From assembly GCF_013004595.1 (NCBI RefSeq), contig NZ_JABEMC010000004.1, positions 248,001-282,657 of the forward strand: a DNA stretch of 34,657 nt. The letters are read 5' to 3'. This DNA comes from Brevibacterium luteolum. GTDB lineage: Bacteria; Actinomycetota; Actinomycetes; Actinomycetales; Brevibacteriaceae. Positions 30,696 to 34,657 of the stretch are shown here, piece after piece; within the stretch, counting starts at the first letter, position 1; each line of letters opens with the position of its first letter. The notes below the pieces were generated by a model. The model did no database searches, was not told the origin of the DNA, and saw only the letters and a list, made by a program, of their open reading frames with translations. The position numbers and the translations under genes are program-made.

Positions 30696-30750
30696 ATTCA
30701 CGCCCGCGTCATCTTCCTCTCAATTCAGCGCCCACCTGGGCTTCTAGTGT
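30696..30750 (+). promoter_or_regulatory. Candidate PHO-box-like direct repeats plus -10
   Basis: ATTCACGCCCG / CGTCATCTTCC / TCTCAATTCAG: TCA every 11 nt; TAGTGT at 30745-30750. Confidence 0.45.
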
Positions 30751-30787
30751 CGGTATCTGCCCATCTGCTCTCAACTGGAGAACCTGC

Positions 30788-32884
30788 ATGCCTCGCTTCA
30801 TCTCGGGGCTGACCGCGCTCAGCGTCGTCAGCCTCACCGCCCTGGCTCCCGTCGGCCTCATGCCTGCCACGGCCGCCAACCCCGACTACTTCACCTCGCA
30901 TTCGGCTCCCGGAGCCGAGGTGGAGCTCTCGGTGCTCGGATCGCACCGCGCTGACATCTTCGACGCCGGGGCCGCGGAGATCGTCGCCCACTACGCGGCC
31001 AAGCAGCAGACGCTCGTCGTCAACGCCGAAGCCGGCACCGTGCAGGTCCTCGACTCCTCCGACCCGGAGAAGCCGACCGCAGTCACCGAGCTGAAGACAG
31101 CGGGCATGAGCTCTGCTGACGGGGCCTCGGTGCCAGCCGGTGCGGTGGCGAACTCGGTGGCGGTGCGTGCTGACGGCCTGGCTGCCGTTGCGCTCGAGGC
31201 GCCGACGAAGACCGACGACGGCTGGGTCGGGTTCTTCGATCTGTCCGGTGATGAGCCGAAGCCGCTGGGTGCGGTGCGCGCTGGTGCACTGCCGGATTCG
31301 GTTGTCTTCGATGACGAGGGCACGCACGCGGTCATCGCCAATGAGGGTGAGCCGGCTGAGGACTATTCGGTCGATCCGGAGGGCACCGTCAGCGTCGTGG
31401 CCCTGCCCGAAGCGGTCCAGGCTCCAGGCCAGGAGGATGTCAAGACTGCAGACTTCCGGGCCTTCGAAGGTGACGCCCTGCCTGAGGGCGTGCGCGTCTT
31501 CGGCGGCCGTGAGGATGCCGGCACCGGCACCCCGAAGCACCCGGTGTCGGAGAACCTCGAACCCGAGTACAGCACCGTCATCGGTGGCAAGGCGTATGTC
31601 ACCCTGCAGGAGGCCAATGCGATCGCAGTGGTCGACCTCGCCTCGGCGACGACGGAGAAACTCATGCCGCTGGGCACCCAGGATGTGTCCGAGGTGCCCT
31701 TCGATGTGTCGAACAAGGATGACAAGATCAACCGGGCGAACTGGCCGGTGCAGTCGTTCTTGCAGCCGGATACGATCCGTTCGATCGAGATCGGCGGACG
31801 CGACTACCTGCTGACGGCCAATGAGGGCGACACCCGCGACTGGGACGGTTACTCCGAGGAGATCCGGGTCAAGGATCTCGGCAGTGAGAAGAAGGGCCTG
31901 GCTCCGATCTGCGAATCGGTCGTCGAGGGCGTGACGAACCCGGATGGCTCTCCGATGACGATCGAGGACCTGCAGAAGGAGGAGAACCTCGGCCGCCTGA
32001 CGATCACCAAGGCCGATGGGCTGAATGAAGACGGCAGCTGCTACGAGACGATCTACGGAGTCGGCGGTCGCTCGTTCTCGATCTTCGACACCGACGGCAA
32101 GCAGGTCTTCGACTCTGCTGATGATTTCGAGCGCATCACCGCAGAGGTGCTGCCGAAGAACTTCAACTCGAACAACTCCGAGTCGAACTTCGACAACCGC
32201 TCCGATGACAAGGGCCCTGAGCCCGAGGCGATCGAGGTCGGTCAGATCGGTGAGAAGACCTATGCGTTCATTGGCATGGAGCGCATCGGCGGGATCTTCG
32301 TCTACGACATCACCGATCCGGCGAAGTCCGAGTACGTCACCTACCTCAACAACCGCAACTTCGCCGTCCAGCCTGAGGACAATGTCGCCGAGGCAGGGGA
32401 CTCCGGTCCGGAGAGCATCGTCTTCGTCCCCTCGGCAGCTCTCAAGTCCGATGGCGCTGCAACCGCCGGTGAGGCCGGCAATGCCGGCATGCTCATCGTC
32501 GGCAATGAGGTGACCGGGTCAACGACGTTCTACGCCGTCGACTCCAGCCTCGTCGGAGACGACCCGACCGAGGAGCCGACGGCCGATCCGACAGACGACC
32601 CGACTGGTGAGCCCACGGATGATCCAACGGGTGAACCGACGGACACGCCGACCACCGACCCGACCGGCGAGCCCACCACGGAACCGACCGGTGAGCCGAC
32701 CCAGCAGCCGACCGACAGCCCGTCGGCCGAACCCTCGCCGAAGCCCAGCGATGAGCCCGGTGATGACGACAAGGGCAGACTGCCGCGCACCGGTGCCCAG
32801 ATCGGCGCGCTGGCTGGCCTCGGAGCCCTGCTGGCAGCAGCCGGTGGTGCCGCTGTGTGGATGGCGCGCCGCCGCAGCAGCTGA
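30788..32884 (+). CDS. Secreted, sortase-anchored choice-of-anchor I family (alkaline-phosphatase-associated) protein
   Basis: Signal peptide; AAEIVAH, GALPD, ANEGEP, LEPEY, ANEGD, DNRSDDKGPEPE, GNEVTG motifs; P/T linker; LPRTG (32780-32794) + hydrophobic stretch + RRRSS. Start moved to ATG 30788 after GGAG. Confidence 0.85.
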   Translation: MPRFISGLTALSVVSLTALAPVGLMPATAANPDYFTSHSAPGAEVELSVLGSHRADIFDAGAAEIVAHYAAKQQTLVVNAEAGTVQVLDSSDPEKPTAVTELKTAGMSSADGASVPAGAVANSVAVRADGLAAVALEAPTKTDDGWVGFFDLSGDEPKPLGAVRAGALPDSVVFDDEGTHAVIANEGEPAEDYSVDPEGTVSVVALPEAVQAPGQEDVKTADFRAFEGDALPEGVRVFGGREDAGTGTPKHPVSENLEPEYSTVIGGKAYVTLQEANAIAVVDLASATTEKLMPLGTQDVSEVPFDVSNKDDKINRANWPVQSFLQPDTIRSIEIGGRDYLLTANEGDTRDWDGYSEEIRVKDLGSEKKGLAPICESVVEGVTNPDGSPMTIEDLQKEENLGRLTITKADGLNEDGSCYETIYGVGGRSFSIFDTDGKQVFDSADDFERITAEVLPKNFNSNNSESNFDNRSDDKGPEPEAIEVGQIGEKTYAFIGMERIGGIFVYDITDPAKSEYVTYLNNRNFAVQPEDNVAEAGDSGPESIVFVPSAALKSDGAATAGEAGNAGMLIVGNEVTGSTTFYAVDSSLVGDDPTEEPTADPTDDPTGEPTDDPTGEPTDTPTTDPTGEPTTEPTGEPTQQPTDSPSAEPSPKPSDEPGDDDKGRLPRTGAQIGALAGLGALLAAAGGAAVWMARRRSS
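32558..32760 (+). repeat. Pro/Thr-rich coding repeat (PTxx, 12-nt unit) wall-spanning linker
   Basis: PTEE PTAD PTDD PTGE PTDD PTGE PTDT PTTD PTGE PTTE PTGE PTQQ PTDS PSAE... Confidence 0.85.
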
Positions 32885-32898
32885 TCTCTGACACCGAT

Positions 32899-32931
32899 AT
32901 CGGGTCCGCATCACGTCGATGCGGACCCGAT
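32899..32931 (+). terminator. Intrinsic terminator-like hairpin
   Basis: Perfect 14-bp stem ATCGGGTCCGCATC / GATGCGGACCCGAT, 5-nt loop, 14 nt after the stop. Confidence 0.8.
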
Positions 32932-32960
32932 TCGTCTGTCCCGTTGCTAGGCTTCACCTC

Positions 32961-33650
32961 ATGCAGCACACCGATGTGATGTCCCTTGAAGAGATCTGGC
33001 CGCCGTACGCACTGACGATCGCGTGCGGGAACATGACCCTCTCCCCCGTACGCGATTCCGATCTGCCCGAATTGGCAGCCCTTGCCACCGGAGGCGTGCA
33101 GACACATCCCGGCGCATTCATTGTTGATTGGGATCAGGGAGCTGCAGCCGAGGTCGCCCGGAACCTGGCGACCTACCACTGGCGCACCCGCGCTGCGACG
33201 AACCCCGACGAATGGACTCTTGAGCTCACAGTGCGCGTCGACGGCGAAGCTGTCGGCGTGCAAAGCGCTGGCGCTCGTGCCTTCGCCAAGCGCCGCACCG
33301 TGGGCACAGGATCCTGGCTGAGTAAAACGCATCAGGGTCGTGGCATCGGCACCCGGATGCGTCAGGCGCTTGCTGTCACCTGCTTCGATCATTTCGGCGC
33401 CTGCGAACTTGCGACGTCCTACTTCGAAGGGAACAACTCGAGCCGGCGGGTCTCGGAAAAGGTCGGCTATGTCGATAACGGCTCAGTCATCGACGTCTCG
33501 GCCAGCGGCTCCCATGTCGGGCGTGAGTACAACATGCTGCTGACCCCGGATCGACTCGTCCGCCCCGACGAGGAGGTCACAGTGACCGGCGCAGAGGTGG
33601 TCGCTGAATTCCTGCAGCTGCCCACCGCTCCAGGAGTTTCTGAGCACTGA
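32961..33650 (+). CDS. RimJ/RimL-type GNAT acyltransferase (Rv0802c-like)
   Basis: TGSWLSKTHQGRGIGTRMR, NNSSRRVSEKVGY. Leaderless ATG 32961 is 7 nt after TGnTAGGCT. Confidence 0.85.
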   Translation: MQHTDVMSLEEIWPPYALTIACGNMTLSPVRDSDLPELAALATGGVQTHPGAFIVDWDQGAAAEVARNLATYHWRTRAATNPDEWTLELTVRVDGEAVGVQSAGARAFAKRRTVGTGSWLSKTHQGRGIGTRMRQALAVTCFDHFGACELATSYFEGNNSSRRVSEKVGYVDNGSVIDVSASGSHVGREYNMLLTPDRLVRPDEEVTVTGAEVVAEFLQLPTAPGVSEH

Positions 33651-33659
33651 GCTGTCGGT

Positions 33660-34379
33660 TCAGCTGAGCTTGGACAACAGGGGCGGCAGGACGTCTTCGA
33701 TGTCTCCGTCGAGGACGTCATCGGCCCAGGCGTCGAAGGGTGTCGGCTCGGCATTGACGATGTAGCCGACAGCGCCGTTCTCGATGGCCAGTGGGAACAG
33801 TGATGCCACTGGGGTGACGTTGAGGCTGGTGCCGACGGCGATGATGACCTCGCAGTCCTCGGCGGCGTCGATGGCTGCATCGAGGACGTCCCCATCGAGC
33901 ATTTCGCCGAACAGGATCGTCGTGGCTCGGATGATCCCACTGCAGTCGGGGCAGCGCGGTTCGATCTCTCCGGCACGCACCCGGTCGATCATCTCCTGCA
34001 TCGGCCCGGTTGCCTGGCAGTCCTCACACCGCCAGGTGCGTACATTGCCGTGGACTTCGTGGACGAGCTCAGGAGAGCTGCCGGCCATCTGGTGCAATCC
34101 GTCGACGTTCTGGGTGATGATGCCGCGCACTCGGCCGGTGCGCTTTTCGAAGTCGGCGATCGCGGTGTGGGCCTTCGTCGGTGCGGCTTCCCAGAAGCGC
34201 GACTGCGAACGGTACTGCCATGCCTTCTGCCGGATGGAGGCGCTGCCGAGGTAGTGCGACAGGGTCGAGGTGAGCCCGGCTTCCGGATCCTTCGTCCAGA
34301 TCCCCTCCGGTCCGCGGAAGTCCGGGATGCCGGCGCCAGTCGAGATCCCGGCGCCGGTGAGAAACGTAATTCGATCCAT
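33660..34379 (-). CDS. Sir2-family NAD-dependent protein deacylase
   Basis: GAGISTGAGIPDFRG, TQNVDGLH, HGN, CxxC...CxxC, GTSL. Leaderless: TACTCT 6 nt before ATG. Confidence 0.94.
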   Translation of the reverse strand: MDRITFLTGAGISTGAGIPDFRGPEGIWTKDPEAGLTSTLSHYLGSASIRQKAWQYRSQSRFWEAAPTKAHTAIADFEKRTGRVRGIITQNVDGLHQMAGSSPELVHEVHGNVRTWRCEDCQATGPMQEMIDRVRAGEIEPRCPDCSGIIRATTILFGEMLDGDVLDAAIDAAEDCEVIIAVGTSLNVTPVASLFPLAIENGAVGYIVNAEPTPFDAWADDVLDGDIEDVLPPLLSKLS

Positions 34380-34472
34380 GCCCTAAGAGTATGCGCACCC
34401 GGTGATCGATAGAACCGGGCTCCGGTCGACGAGTCGATGTGTTGCATGGTCAGCAGACCATGCTGTGAATGA

Positions 34473-34507
34473 CGAAGAGCCCTGACCGCCGTGGTCAGGG
34501 CTCTTCG
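34473..34507 (-). terminator. rRNA operon terminator hairpin
   Basis: Perfect 15-bp stem CGAAGAGCCCTGACC / GGTCAGGGCTCTTCG immediately 3' of the 5S rRNA. Confidence 0.85.
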
Positions 34508-34518
34508 GGTAAAGATAA

Positions 34519-34636
34519 TTGCGGCGGTGTCTTACTCTCCCACACCCTGTCGAGTGCAGTACCATCAGCGCTGGCAGGCTTAGCTTCCGGGTTCGGAATG
34601 GGGCCGGGCGTTTCCCTGCCGCTATAGCCGCCGCAA
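34519..34636 (-). rRNA. rrf: 5S ribosomal RNA
   Basis: Reverse complement contains CCCATTCCGAACCCGGAAGCTAAG and GATGGTACTGC...GGGAGAGTAAGAC, with paired GCGGCGG/CCGCCGC termini. Ends approximate. Confidence 0.96.
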
Positions 34637-34657
34637 AACCATGTGTGTTGCTGGTTT

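Noticed and set aside
33660..34379. Sirtuin as an anti-phage SIR2 NADase
   Set aside because: Classical zinc-binding deacylase architecture; no HerA, pAgo, ThsB or STAND partner.

Overview
High-GC actinobacterial chromosome, probably Micrococcales or Brevibacterium-like (inferred from gene content, not verified). Most of the window is the conserved minus-strand backbone downstream of an rRNA operon: 5S rRNA, TPR-like protein, HAD-IIA hydrolase, small protein, tlyA, ppnK, recN, steA, steB, a glycan cassette, pyrG, NUDIX, xerD, parA-like, scpA, scpB, rluB, tyrA, cmk, der, AI-2E transporter and yciO-like. The left end holds an acyl-CoA catabolic module: two SDRs and an ACAD10/11-type dehydrogenase, divergent from an acyl-CoA ligase and a TetR. 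The right end holds a sortase-anchored choice-of-anchor-I protein, a GNAT and a sirtuin. No transposase, prophage, tRNA or CRISPR array was seen. Top leads: (1) the pyrG promoter has the T6-C7-C8-G9 geometry of the E. coli pyrC CTP sensor, with G9 as the first base of a leaderless GTG start; (2) steA-steB are translationally coupled to a MraY-like transferase and a MurJ-like flippase, followed by an intact GT4 and a degenerate GT4 paralogue, suggesting an uncharacterised septal lipid-linked glycan pathway; (3) PHO-box-like 11-nt repeats lie upstream of the surface protein. Several starts were moved from the ORF track using RBS and -10 evidence.
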